Positions 1-11,489 of a stretch of 64,000 nt of DNA are shown one piece after another. The stretch lies in the NCBI GenBank assembly GCA_950097015.1, contig CATNEN010000003.1, positions 3,596,001 through 3,660,000 of the forward strand, given 5' to 3'. The position numbers and the translations under genes are program-made. Positions within the stretch are counted from its first letter, which is position 1. Every line of letters begins with the position of its first letter. Under the pieces are notes generated by a model. That model saw only the letters and a list, made by a program, of their open reading frames with translations, was not told where the DNA came from and ran no database searches. The DNA comes from Macrostomum hystrix (Eukaryota; Animalia; Platyhelminthes).

Positions 1-362
1 GTGAGCAGTGCAAAAAATCTGAAAGGTGTCCTGATCGCGACATGATCTTGTCTACAGTGTACTGTCTTTTAACTTTTTTGCCGTTGCGTACGCAGACCGT
101 ATTAGGCAATTTTCTGTTTTCTATTTCCACACGAGTTTCGTACTACTCTTCAGATTCCCTCCTAGTTAAAGCGCCAACTAGAGTCTCTATTTGATAAGCA
201 TATACTAGTATTTGGTAGAAGAGACTGTTGCTGTTTTTTTCCAATAAAAAACTGCTATAGAATATATAAGCCCAATTTTTGCAGCGTACTCGATCGATAT
301 GCCTCAGTCCAATAGAAAGCGACAGAAGGAGTGGAGGCAGCGCAAGTGTGAGAAAATACCAG

Positions 363-571
363 GAGGCTTTGCCTCCCCTCGCCAGCGCCAGTCGCGCCGA
401 TTCGCCGCCGCCTGCCGAGCAGCTACGCAGCGCCCGAGGCAACGAGGCTTCGCCTCCCCTCGCCAGCGCCAGTCGCGCCGATTCGCCGCCGCCTGCCGAG
501 CAGCTACGCAGCGCCCGAGGCAACGAGGCTTCGCCTCCCCTCGCCAGCGCCAGTCGCGCCGATTCGCCGCT
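363..571. repeat. GC-rich 81-bp tandem repeat, ~2.6 copies
   Basis: gaggctt(t/c)gcctcccctcgccagcgccagtcgcgccgattcgccgc recurs at 363, 444, 525. Confidence 0.9.
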
Positions 572-794
572 GACTCGGCAAGTTGCAGCGATCGAAAGCT
601 TAATTGAGAAAAGCAAGCTGCGCCGAAAGTCGACTTGTTTGCTGCTGCGATTGCTTCAGAGACTTTTGCTACGGGGCAACAATGTTCCCGGCACAATGAA
701 GCAGCTCGACAAGGCACTAGGAATTTCGCCCGTAAAGGGGCGCTTTCAACCTAAAATGCGACTTGTCACTCCGTTTGCTGCTCCTGCAGCGTGA
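570..794 (+). pseudogene. Possible CACTA/EnSpm-like transposase N-terminal fragment
   Basis: ORF 279..794 segment IESLIEKSKLRRKSTCLLLRLLQRLLLRGNNVPGTMKQLDKAL resembles from memory the helical 'LL.LL..LLP.GN.LP......K.L' segment of EnSpm-type transposases; no catalytic domain seen. Confidence 0.3.
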
Positions 795-1472
795 GTCATA
801 TCGAAGCAGCGCTAGCTGATGCGCGCTGTGAGCAATGTCAGGCGCGCCTGGTGAATTTTTGGGTGCTTGATGTTCTCGTTTTAATTCCAATTTGCACAAT
901 TTGCGCCACTCATTTGCGCAAATTATCGTACGTATGCCGACCATCATCGTAGCATTAATTTTGAGCCTTTAGTGTCGGGCGAAAGTCGTGTAGCAGTTGG
1001 TCCGACATGTACAGATGAATATCGATGAAATGAAAGTCGGGTCTTCAGTGTCGGGCGAAAATCGTGTAGCAGTTGGTCCGACATGTACAGATGAATATCT
1101 ATGAAAATCGGACGGATATACATCGTCATATTTCTACACAGGTGAAAGTCGGAGTTATTTTGGGTGAAAGTCGGAATTGTCGTTACGGATTTTTATAAAT
1201 CAATGAGTCGTCGATTTTCTCGGGCCGATTTTTCACTTTTGGTCCGACAAAACCGATGAAAATCGTAGGAAGATGAATGTCGATCCGTTTTTCATCTTTT
1301 GTTTGCGACTTTCGTCTGCCCAAAATCAACCCGACGGCACCGACGCCCCAACAAGATGAAAATCGGGAATAAATCGGCCCGATTTTGCCTATCTTTTTGA
1401 TTTTTTGGGAACGCATTCAGGATTATATTTTTGAGTAATCGTACCGATTCTTTAGAATCTTACAGATTTTCT

Positions 1473-1815
1473 GGAATCGTCTGAACTCTATGGGAAACGT
1501 CTGAAAATTCATTTAGGAATCGTCTGAACTATTTGGGAATCGTCTGAACTTTTTAGGATTCGTCTGAACTTTTTAGGAATCGTCTGAACTTTTTAGGAAT
1601 CGTCTGAACTTTTTAGGAATCGTCTGAACTTTTTAGGAATCGTCTGAACTTTTTAGGATTCGTCTGAACTTTTTAGGAATCGTCTGAACTTTTTAGGATT
1701 CGTCTGAACTCTTTAGGAATCATCTGAACTCTTTAGGAATCGTCTGAACTCTTTAGGAATCATCTGAACTCTTTAGGAATCGTCTGAACTCTTTAGGAAT
1801 CGTCTAAACTCTTTA
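1473..1815. repeat. 20-bp minisatellite (gaatcgtctgaactttttag)n
   Basis: Direct tandem periodicity, ~16 units. Confidence 0.95.
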
Positions 1816-1878
1816 AAAACCGTCGGAATTTTTTCATGATTGCAACCAATGAACTATAAACAGCTTAAACGCACTCAC

Positions 1879-2208
1879 CATTGACAAAGCCAGGCGGTAG
1901 GCAGTAATTATTGGGATCAACTTGGCTTAATTCGTAAAGCATTCCGTGTGGATTATCTTTAGCATCCAAGGGTAAACCGACTTGAATTTTCGGCAACGGG
2001 CACTTATCGGCTAGTAAACGTGTATTTCTAAAATGACAAAAATAGAATATTGGCTTGTCTTGCTCTGTCAAATCTCTTATTATTTTAGTCGAAATAAAAC
2101 AAACAGTAAGTTCAATTCACCTACCTTAACTTGCTATCTATGTTTGTTGTCTGTTCTGCATTGTTACTAGATTTCGTCGAACATTCGCGTGGACTGGAAG
2201 CAGCAACA

Positions 2209-2249
<41 letters not shown>

Positions 2250-2964
2250 CGAAGCAATGGAATCAGAATGGCTACTTCTGTCAAGAGAGCCCAGATCATC
2301 GCTGCTTTCGTCGCTGTTACACGATTCTACGTCGGATACTTCATCGGAGATGAGAACTGAGAAATAATTTTACAGGTATACTTCATTAATATTTCGATCG
2401 ATAACTTCGGCCGATACCTAGACATGTACTTGGAAGACAACATAACTCTAACATAATAAAATTCCTTGGACTATACCCATTTCTTCCGCCGATACCTAGA
2501 CATTCCTTCGGTAGATACCTGAACTTGTCTTCGGCAGATACCCTAACATTATAAAAAATCCTTCGGACTATACCTTAACATTTCTTTTCTAGGCCAATAT
2601 CCCAAAAATACTTAAGTAAATACACTAAACCTAAAATTACTTCGGCTGATACCGAGAAATATCTTCGGTCGATATCCTATCATCGGTTGTAACCAATTTT
2701 TCTTTCGGCAAATACCCAGAAATACCCAGAGTTTTTACCCATAATACCCAGAAACCCAGTTAAATGGTTAGACTCACATTTTTTCACCTGTTCAATAGGT
2801 AGGCTAACAGTGCCAACATACCGGCCAGTGGCATCGTTGGCGTCGTACAGTTCAAACGCCCGGTCTGGCGTTAGACTGCGAAAGAAACCAGTGTAGGACG
2901 CTTCACCATCTGAAGTCTCCAATACAACTAGGGTACCGCGCTTTGGCAAACAGCTGCTCATCAT
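1879..2964 (-). CDS. 5' part of a spliced gene with an N-terminal LSm-like domain, possibly EXD1-like; exons 2964-2778, 2356-2125, 2075-1879; remaining exons not identified
   Basis: Three exons join in frame (phases 1 and 2) with GTGAGT/GTAGGT donors and AG acceptors: MMSSCLPKRGTLVVLETSDGEASYTGFFRSLTPDRAFELYDANDATGRYVGTVSLPIEQVKKFLISDEVSD...poly-Ala...DLTEQDKPIFYF...PPGFVN; N-terminus has an Sm-fold-like pattern; family call from remembered similarity only. Confidence 0.6.
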
Positions 2965-3492
2965 TTTCACCAACTATATGCTGAAATAAAAGACAGGTTG
3001 TCGTTTTTTATTAATACTCTAGCTATTATTAACAAACGCTTCTTGACAGTCTTCTCATGAATTGACTTGACAAGAGGCTAAGAAACAAAAATACTACTCG
3101 TGTATTATTGCATTGGCACAAAAGCGTTTATTTTAAACAAAAAAACTGACATTTATATCAGAACATGTTAGAGCAGGATTAGAAAACTCAAGATAGACTA
3201 CTTCAAGTAAAACGCAAGTACAATTTTTTCTAGCGATTAAAACATAAAACTAAAAGTATTTTTAGCTACAAAGGTGTAAAAAAAATTCAACTTCTTGCAA
3301 AACTCTTTAAAGATCAAATTTCAGTGTTCTAATAAATTGGATTAAAATCCTTATTTTCCCTAAAATTAGGAGAACCATTATCCTATTATAATAAATTACA
3401 ACCCACACAAATATCCCTAATCACCGGCCCAATACTCTAACCCCTATTCTTCTAGCATTGGAATCTTCATAATCCCCTAATATTATAATCGC

Positions 3493-3870
3493 GGGGTCGG
3501 TGGCAGAGCGGTTAACGCGTTTGCCTCTCGCACCAAGGTCCCTAAGTTCGATTCCACAGCGAGGCCACATTTATTTGGGGCGCAGCCGCGAAGAGAAGGC
3601 TTGGGGGCTTGTCGTGCAATTTAAGGCCTTGAGGGCCAACCTCCAAGGCACAGTGAAGTGTACACTGCCTGACGATGAGAAAGTCAGGGCAGATGTACAC
3701 ACCTGTGTGAGCGTGTGCCTGCGTACGGTATCTGTGTGCGTGTGTGCTCAGGAGTCAGCTAAATGGGCAGAATTGCCTCCTCGCTGGCTGCGGGTCTAGT
3801 GTCACTAAATGATGGGCCATTGCCCACAGCCCCCCTGCAATTACTATTCTTATTCTTATTATTATTAATA
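3493..3870 (+). mobile_element. tRNA-derived SINE family A, full-length
   Basis: A box TGGCAGAGCGG, B box GTTCGATTCC, internal hairpin, (TTA)-rich tail; six other copies in window. Confidence 0.85.
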
Positions 3871-4133
3871 TTATAATCTCTAATCCCCGAACAATTGAAT
3901 CCATAATTCCCTAATATACCTTATTCCCTAACATTGGAATCACTAATTCAGGAATATTTGAAACCTAAATCCCCATAATATTCGAATCATTAATCCCCTA
4001 ATCATTGATGATTGGTACCCAGAACATTCGCTTAATCCACTAATAATGGATTCTTATACACCTTAAGTCTCGAATTACTGAATCCTAAATTCGACAATCA
4101 TCAAATAAATGATCCAATCATAGGTCCTCAATC

Positions 4134-5219
4134 CTATAAAAGCTCAGCAGCTAGAGCCTTACGATAAAGTGTCAACAATTCTTCAAACTTTTCCGGCTCA
4201 AGCGAGCACTGGGCATAGCTAGCCAACACATCCTGTGGCTCCAATCGATTGAACGTGTCCTCATCTTGCACTATGAGCTGGCCGGAGAGTTCGGCTACGG
4301 CAACACAGAAGGCGGCAGTGGGGCAGAATCTGGCTGGCCGTCTAGGGAACAGGCAGACTCGCAATCTGCCATCGGACAGGGTCCGGCCGGCGACCAAGTT
4401 ATGCGGCGCAGATGCTCTCTGGCAGGCAATCACTGCAGCCATTATTCGACTAATGAACAATGTTAACGCGGCCTCATTCTGTTGATTGTCGTTAAATTCG
4501 AATACCAACGTTCTGACTGGCATCCGATCAGTTGAGAATGTGTACAAGCCATTATTCTGATCCAATGGTTCAATAGGAATGGACATTGCCAAACAGGTTG
4601 GCTCACTGCGCCACAGGTGCAAGTGCAGATGATTGACAGATGCGAATGCCATTAAACTATTGAAACCCAGACGATATCTTGTACCTGGTGTCAGCAAGAG
4701 CAGGTGCAAACCAACCGTCAGTGCAAATGGTGTCAAGCACTGATTAAAATGATTTTGACAATCTGGAACAATCACATAGTGATGCCTGTCAATTGGTGAC
4801 ACATTAATAAACAGCTGCACTCGAGGCAATGGCTGTACACCCCAAGATTCGTGCCAAAGATGCAGCGTTATTTCGTCTATGTCGGCTTTACCGAAATGAA
4901 AGTTGGCGGGATTAAAATCTTCATCGAGGCGTTGAACAGTGTCGGCGTGGAAACGCCTAGTTGAAAATCTGCTGGGATTGAAGTCGGCAAATAATTGGTT
5001 GCTAATTTTCCGCCTCTTAACACTGTCCAACTGGTAGCGAAGAAGGTGCTGTCTGGCTTGCCAACCTGATTCTAACAGATCTAGGAGTGGTTCATTATTC
5101 TCAACTGAATGGCCGTCTGTTTGAAAAATGAAATCGGCATTGGCATACACAAGTACTGGCGCAGATTGCAAGGTCTTGTAAGAGTTTGCCACTTCAGTTG
5201 GGAGCTGTTGAATTCGCAT
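4134..5219 (-). CDS. GDPGP1: GDP-D-glucose phosphorylase 1 (VTC2/C15orf58 family, HIT superfamily), single coding exon
   Basis: 361 aa; FNPANFHFGK, INVSPIDRHH, RLGFNSLMAFASVNHLHLH (HIT motif), PHNL, AVAELSG motifs. Confidence 0.93.
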   Translation of the reverse strand: MRIQQLPTEVANSYKTLQSAPVLVYANADFIFQTDGHSVENNEPLLDLLESGWQARQHLLRYQLDSVKRRKISNQLFADFNPSRFSTRRFHADTVQRLDEDFNPANFHFGKADIDEITLHLWHESWGVQPLPRVQLFINVSPIDRHHYVIVPDCQNHFNQCLTPFALTVGLHLLLLTPGTRYRLGFNSLMAFASVNHLHLHLWRSEPTCLAMSIPIEPLDQNNGLYTFSTDRMPVRTLVFEFNDNQQNEAALTLFISRIMAAVIACQRASAPHNLVAGRTLSDGRLRVCLFPRRPARFCPTAAFCVAVAELSGQLIVQDEDTFNRLEPQDVLASYAQCSLEPEKFEELLTLYRKALAAELL

Positions 5220-5450
5220 TATTAATTATTGATTTACGATGCTGGAATGCAAAAATTTGGCTGTGGTTAGTATCTATGTAGTAGGAAATGTTCCGTCCTT
5301 TACGATGAACTAACTTTCAAAGCAAAAACTTTCAAAGACGTGACAAAAACAACTAAAATTGCTGTGTAAAAACCTCTTTTGCAAATCAATATTGGTTCAA
5401 AAGTGTACGAATTAACAAAATAATCAATACAATATAGTCAACAATGATAC

Positions 5451-5844
5451 TTAATAATAATAATAATTGACACTAGACCCAAGGGCCAGTGCAGGTGTTG
5501 TGTCAGGCACACTAGCAGGTGGGGACTGCACACCTATTGTACTCCCCGGCTCTCTCGGACACCGGTTGACAGCCGCGTGTCAGCAATGGAATTTATTTTT
5601 CCAAACATATCGGCAGCATCCAAACCCCACTGAATTGCCGCACAGAACTGCTTTATTCCACGCCAGCCGGAATTATTATTACCCGACGAAATGTCGGTAC
5701 TCATTTGCAGCTGAGTAGACTGTGTGCACATCAGGGCAAAGCAGCTTGCCAAAGGCTGCACGAATAGTTCTAGACTAGGCCGGGAGTCGAACCCAGGACC
5801 ATCTGATCCAGAGTCCGACACCTTACTGACTGAGCTATCCGCCC
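5451..5844 (-). mobile_element. tRNA-derived SINE family B
   Basis: Minus strand: A box TAGCTCAGTCAGT, B box GGTTCGACTCC, CORE-like 'cctttggcaag...actcagctgcaaatgagtacc', (TTA)n tail. Confidence 0.8.
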
Positions 5845-6428
5845 ATAACAATGATACTTGATACATGATAACATCATGAAATTCTGTGAGCATAAAAATT
5901 TGCCTATATTGGTGATTTTTGCCACCAGAAACGCCGACGAGAATCGTTGAATATCTTGACGATGCCGATGTTTTGTGATGCTGGAAGTTGTCTTATCGGA
6001 TCATCGAAAAATGAGGGTATTTGAAATATCCCCTGTGGTCTCTCTACTTGCTGTGTCCTCGGACTGGAATTCCAGCACAAGCACGCAAATCAATACCCTA
6101 GCTAATGCTGCGAGGTACCTACCTTGATGCAACGGCTTAATTAAGTGTATTGCTCAAGGTTACAAGCAGTACCACCCTCGTATAAATATAATATGGAAAT
6201 GATATAAAAGAAATAAGTACTAATGATTCAGTACAACACAAACTTCACTTATTTATATTTATTTTCCGCTTAAATTTAGCATTTTACAATAAATTCGAAT
6301 ATAAATAAGATGGTTACGAAGTTTTATTGATCAGAACGCGACTGCTTAAACTAAACACCAGTTACAGAATATTTCATGTAGAATTATGAATTTCGCGTAG
6401 TATTGACATAATAAGTAAAATTAGCCAA

Positions 6429-6779
6429 TCACTTAACAGATACGTCCAACGATCGATAAGGTACGCCGCGTTCACTAAGCATTCTCTGTACATGCTTAGG
6501 CAGTGTGCCAGACACCGACAGGGCGTAGATGCCCTTCTGAAATTTGGAGATTCTCTGCCAACGCGCCACCCAGGAATCATCTGGCGACATCAGGCCCAAC
6601 ATGCCGTCGAAATTGGCCGACGTGCAATCGTACACCATGTCTTTGTTATCCTTTAGGCTTAGAAAATCTTCGCAATTATCGCAGCCGTCAACTTCAAATT
6701 GGGTGAATGTTTTAATTAGACCGCAAATCATACAGGCCCGGAGATTACGCAACTCATTGGGCACCGTTTCTATGGACAT
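6429..6779 (-). CDS. SUPT4H1: Transcription elongation factor SPT4 (DSIF small subunit), intronless CDS
   Basis: 116 aa; LRACMIC...FEVDGCDNC zinc finger, CTSANFDG, SWVARWQRI, GIYALSVSGTLP. Confidence 0.97.
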   Translation of the reverse strand: MSIETVPNELRNLRACMICGLIKTFTQFEVDGCDNCEDFLSLKDNKDMVYDCTSANFDGMLGLMSPDDSWVARWQRISKFQKGIYALSVSGTLPKHVQRMLSERGVPYRSLDVSVK

Positions 6780-6954
6780 TGTGCTGTGGCTGAAAATGTT
6801 TTACAATCGGCAAGTAGCAAGTTTTTTTTTTATTTGCTAACTTAACGAGGTATTCATAGAGTTAAATTAGACTATGGAATAGACTAGAGGATTCAGTGGG
6901 ATATAGGTAAAACTTTGAGTAGGCTGTTGATGGATTGGGATATATCTGGTGTAT

Positions 6955-7628
6955 AGAACAGAGTATAGGTGGAGTATCAAGTAGAGTATAGGTGGAGTAT
7001 CGAGTAGAGTATAGGTGGAGTATAGAGTAGAGTATAGGTGGAGTATCAAGTAGAGTATAGGTGGATTATTAAGTAGAGTATAGGTGGAGTATAGAGTAGA
7101 GTATAGGTGGAGTATCAAGTAGAGTATAGGTGGAGTATAGAGTAGAGTATAGGTGGAGTATCGAGTAGAGTATAGGTGGAGTATCGAGTAGAGTATAGGT
7201 GGAGTATCGAGTAGAGTATAGGTGGAGTATCGAGTAGAGTATAGGTGGAGTATCGAGTAGAGTATAGGTGGAGTATAGAGTAGAGTATAGGTGGAGTATC
7301 AAGTAGAGTATAGGTGGATTATTAAGTAGAGTATAGGTGGAGTATAGAGTAGAGTATAGGTGGAGTATCAAGTAGAGTATAGGTGGATTATAGAGTAGAG
7401 TATAGGTGGAGTATCGAGTAGAGAATAGGTGGAGTATCGAGTAGAGTATAGGTGGAGTATCGAGTAGAGTATAGGTGGAGTATCAAGTGGAGTATAGGTG
7501 GAGTATAGAGTAGAGTATAGGTTAAGTATAGAGTAGAGTATAGGTGGAGTATAGAGCAGAGTATAGGTGAAGCATCCTGTATAGAAGTAGAAGCAGAGAA
7601 TAGAGTAGGGTGGAGAAAAGTAGAGTAG
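6955..7628. repeat. 23-bp minisatellite (agtagagtataggtggagtatcg)n
   Basis: Tandem periodicity 23. Confidence 0.95.
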
Positions 7629-7767
7629 GGACAATGCATACCCTTTCCATTATTAAAAATTCAAACAAAAAAGGCGGTCAATACGCAATTAGCTCTAGGA
7701 AAATTTATTTCGACTTAAAATAGCACAACAACTTGAAAGCATGTAACACAATCCGTGATTTAGAAAA

Positions 7768-8258
7768 TCATTTCTGTTCAGACAATGCTGGCATAAGCGC
7801 TACCCGCTCCAATGTATCCGTTGCCATAGTAACAGCAGCATCTCGACCCTTAGAGTTAAAAGCCAATGTCACCTGTTCAATAAGACTGTGTCTGTTATAT
7901 TTGGCATTGTCGCTACTTAGAGTAGTGTCAATGGCAGCATCAGCGTTGACACCTGACTGATTCCGATTGGCATAGAATGTGTACAAATCAGTGTTACAAG
8001 AGTTGGTACGCTCAACAGCATCCTTTACCTGGCAGCTGATCTGTTAGGGTGCAAATTAAAATGGAATAAGGTTCTCATTAGTATGCTTCAGTACACTTTA
8101 TCTCAACTTTAGAAGAAAAAAAAAGAAAACAGAATAGTCACCTGCTTCTTGTTGACTCTCTTTCCAATAATCTTCTTGTCTTTTGTTGCTTTAGCTTTGT
8201 TAGAGCCTGAATTTGGATGGTGATAAGACTTCTGAGCTGTCTGATTTTTCTTACCCAT
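7768..8258 (-). CDS. Small basic 129-aa protein, two exons (8258-8142, 8040-7768); possibly RBIS/C8orf59-like ribosome biogenesis factor
   Basis: Phase-0 GT-AG intron joins MGKKNQTAQKSYHHPNSGSNKAKATKDKKIIGKRVNKKQ to ISCQVKDAVERTNS...VTMATDTLERVALMPALSEQK*; acceptor tttcag ~40 nt upstream of ATG; product call from remembered similarity. Confidence 0.65.
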
Positions 8259-8380
8259 TTTTTTAAATTCAGTTAATTCTTTATTGGTGCTAGGACTCTG
8301 AAATGAAAGACAGCAATTTGGTATTTACTTATTCATTAGCTGTTAAGTTATTAATTTTTTGTTAATATATTATTGACAGC

Positions 8381-8657
8381 CATACATGCGCAACACCCCG
8401 CCGAGCCGGCCCAACCGGCCGGGTGAAACGAGGGCCAAGCAAGGTAAGTCGCAAAAACCAATCGACCAAGCGCAAAAAATCAAAGGGGGGACCAAGGGAC
8501 AAAAAAGGAAGGCGTGAAGAAAAGGAAAAAGGGGAGAGAAAAAGAGAGCAAATGAAAAACTAACTCGGAAATAGAGCAATGAAACGAACTAAGTCGCAAA
8601 TGAGAGCAAAAACTAAGTCGCAAGGCCGGCTAAGATTTGGGAGGTTGCGCATGTATG
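8381..8657. mobile_element. hAT-like MITE family 1, copy 1
   Basis: TIR CATACATGCGCAAC / GTTGCGCATGTATG; 8-bp TSD TTGACAGC both sides. Confidence 0.92.
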
Positions 8658-9509
8658 TTGACAGCTAGAGCTAACTCTAGTAATTTATAGATTGGTATAT
8701 ATATACACTTTATGTCAATATTAGTCTTAAAACCACAAATTTTAAGTGAAATTTAAAGTGAATGTAAATACCATTATTAATGCAACTATAATTTTGTATC
8801 AGTGTTACAATTTTTTCAGGCCAGTCTAAAGACAGCAGCCACAATTGCAAAAGTATAAGGGGTGCAAAAATAAAAACAGGTGTTCTGATAAAATAAAATT
8901 TTTCTTTTTCTTTCAAGAATGAGAATGAGCCTGAATGAGCAATGACATTAACAGTGATGTGTTGTAACATGGCACATAAAAAACTGTGACTGGTAGACTT
9001 GTTTGGTTATAGGGTACAAAAATTATGCCTGGTACAGTTGTGGCAATTGGCTTGAATCCATGGGATTTTTTAGAATCTAATTGCACATTTCCATGATATT
9101 TGGAGATAAATTCCAATAAGGCAGCTAGCTACTAGCTACTAGCTAGCAATAGCAAATAACAGTAAGGTTGGATCTTACTCAAGTGATAGTCCTACTAGTG
9201 GATTAATGCAATGGATCAGAATTTTGGTAACTTTTTTCTGAGAGGCAAAGTAGACTTGTTATTAGACAATAAAATTGTTATTTTAACAATTTATAAGAAT
9301 AATTAATTTCCACCACTTTGTAACATTTATGCAGACAATCAAGGTTAAATATGAGCCAATGCTAAAATGGTTTGGTTAAATTTCCCTATCATATTTTACA
9401 AGACTAGTCATATTTGCAAGTTTGCTATATAATAGGATTAACTAGACAGTCTTCTGTCATCTGACATTCCATGTTCATATCTCAAAGTAATGCAAAGAGT
9501 CTGGATACA

Positions 9510-10074
9510 GAATCCGGTCCATTTCGTCATTTTGGCGACAAGTCATTTCGGCGACAACCACTTCGGCGACAAACATCGAAACCGCAGTAATAATGGATCT
9601 GATAGTGTTTGCTTATTGAGTATGTAATGTATTTGATTCTTCTACTTGTTAATGTATTCCTGTTATAGTATTTGTTTTAACATGTCATATAAATAGCGAG
9701 TTTGGATCAGTTTGGTCCGCGCTCTATGTGCGTCAACCTCACCTGTCTTACTTATAAGTAGCATCGTTTGTGTCACCAATATTTTTGTGACGGCAAATAT
9801 TTTGCTGACTCGCTTGCAGCCACATGAATGCCCCTGTGGGACAGTAAGGTCTTTTACTTTTAATCGAACTTATAGATCTAATCGAGATGCATTAGATGCA
9901 ACAGTGCATTTGTTGCCGATTTGTTCCGCGCTTCTGCCGATTTGTGGCTTCTTTTATTTGATTTAAATAAATGTAAAAAATATATAAAAAAATAAATTTG
10001 TTCCACGGCTTCAAAATTATTGTCGCCAAAATGACTTGTCGCCGAAATGGTTGTCGCCGAAATGGACTGTTTCC
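9510..10074. mobile_element. MITE with subterminal (atttcggcgacaa) repeats
   Basis: Imperfect inverted termini; 8-bp TSD TGGAT(A/G)CA; termini related to element at 14179. Confidence 0.7.
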
Positions 10075-10610
10075 TGGATGCAGTGTCATGGGCACTATGT
10101 GGTTATAGGCATGTTGTGTACTGCTTGTTAACTACCTGTAACCTGCAACAAGGTCAGAGAGTCAATACCAATTATGTCATTGATCAGCTCTATAGACTAT
10201 ATTGTCTGCATGACACTGTCCTGAGCAAGTGCCACATAATGCATCAAATAAACTTAATCCTTCTTGCCTGTGGTCTCCACCCTTACCACTGTCATCACCA
10301 CTTGGATTAAGTAGTGGGTGGCGTATTTAGACACATTTTGTAACACCTATACACCATACCCACTAGGCTAACCATAGTATTTTACAATACTAAGGCCTAC
10401 TACTTTTTAATTTTTAAACCCTAATTCACAGAAAGATTGTAGGCCTATAAAGGACCTAGCTTAGCTATATAAAAGCTCTTAATTAGGGCCTATAGGCCCC
10501 TACTTATAGTTAGGGTAACTAGCAAGTTTTGCCCCCCTTCGGGGAGCAGAAATACTTTTAATTCGTCTAGTATATACTTTTTAGCAGCTGAATTTACAGC
10601 TTTTTAAAGC

Positions 10611-11475
10611 TACAATGAACCCCCAGTTGACAATGATCCCCCAGTTAATGATGATCCCCTAGTTGACGATGATCCCCCAGTTGACAATGATCCCCCAGTT
10701 GACAATGAACCCCCAGTTGACAATGAACCCCCAGTTGACAATGATCCCCCAGTTGACAATGATCCCCCAGTTGAAAATGATCCCACAGTTGACAATGATC
10801 CCCCAGTTGACAAAGATCCCCCAGTTCACAATGAACCCCCAGTTCACAATGTACCCCCAGTTGACAATGAACCCCCAGTTGACAATGAACCCCAGTTGAC
10901 AATGATCCCCCAGTTGACAATGATCCCCCAGTTGACAATGATCCCACAGTTGACAATGATCCCCCAGTTGACAAAAATCCCCCAGTTCACAATGAACCCC
11001 CAGTTGACAATGATCCCCCAGTTGACAATGATCCCCCAGTTGACAATGATCCCCAGTTGACAATGATCCCCCAGTTGACAATGAACCCCCAGTTGACAAC
11101 GATCCCCCAGTTGACAATGATCCCCCAGTTGACAATGATCCCACAGTTGACAAAGATCCCCCAGTTCACAATGATCCCCCAGTTGATGATGATCCCCCAG
11201 TTGATGATGATCCCCAGTTGATGATGATCACCCAGTTGACAATGATCCCCAAGTTGACCATGATCCCCCATTTGATGATGATTCCCCAGTTGACAATTAT
11301 CCCCCAGTTGACCAATACCCCCTAGTTGACAATGATCCCTCAGTTCACAATGATCCCCCAGTTGACAATGATCCCCCAGTTGACAATTATCCCCCCAGTT
11401 TACCAAGATCCTCCAGTTGATGATTATCCCCCAGTTTACCTTGATCCCCATTTTGAGGATGACTCCACAGTTGAC
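10611..11475. repeat. ~18-bp minisatellite (acaatgatcccccagttg)n inside Helitron
   Basis: Tandem periodicity. Confidence 0.95.
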
Positions 11476-11489
11476 GTTGTTTTTCAAAC

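Noticed and set aside
3493-3560. tRNA genes at SINE heads (also ~5775-5844, 42237-42310, 47580, 56815-56887, 63479)
   Set aside because: A/B boxes present but no convincing cloverleaf; each continues into a shared SINE body
3657-3700. CTGACGA...GAAA-GTC in SINE A as a hammerhead ribozyme core
   Set aside because: No room for stems II and III; the segment folds as a simple hairpin
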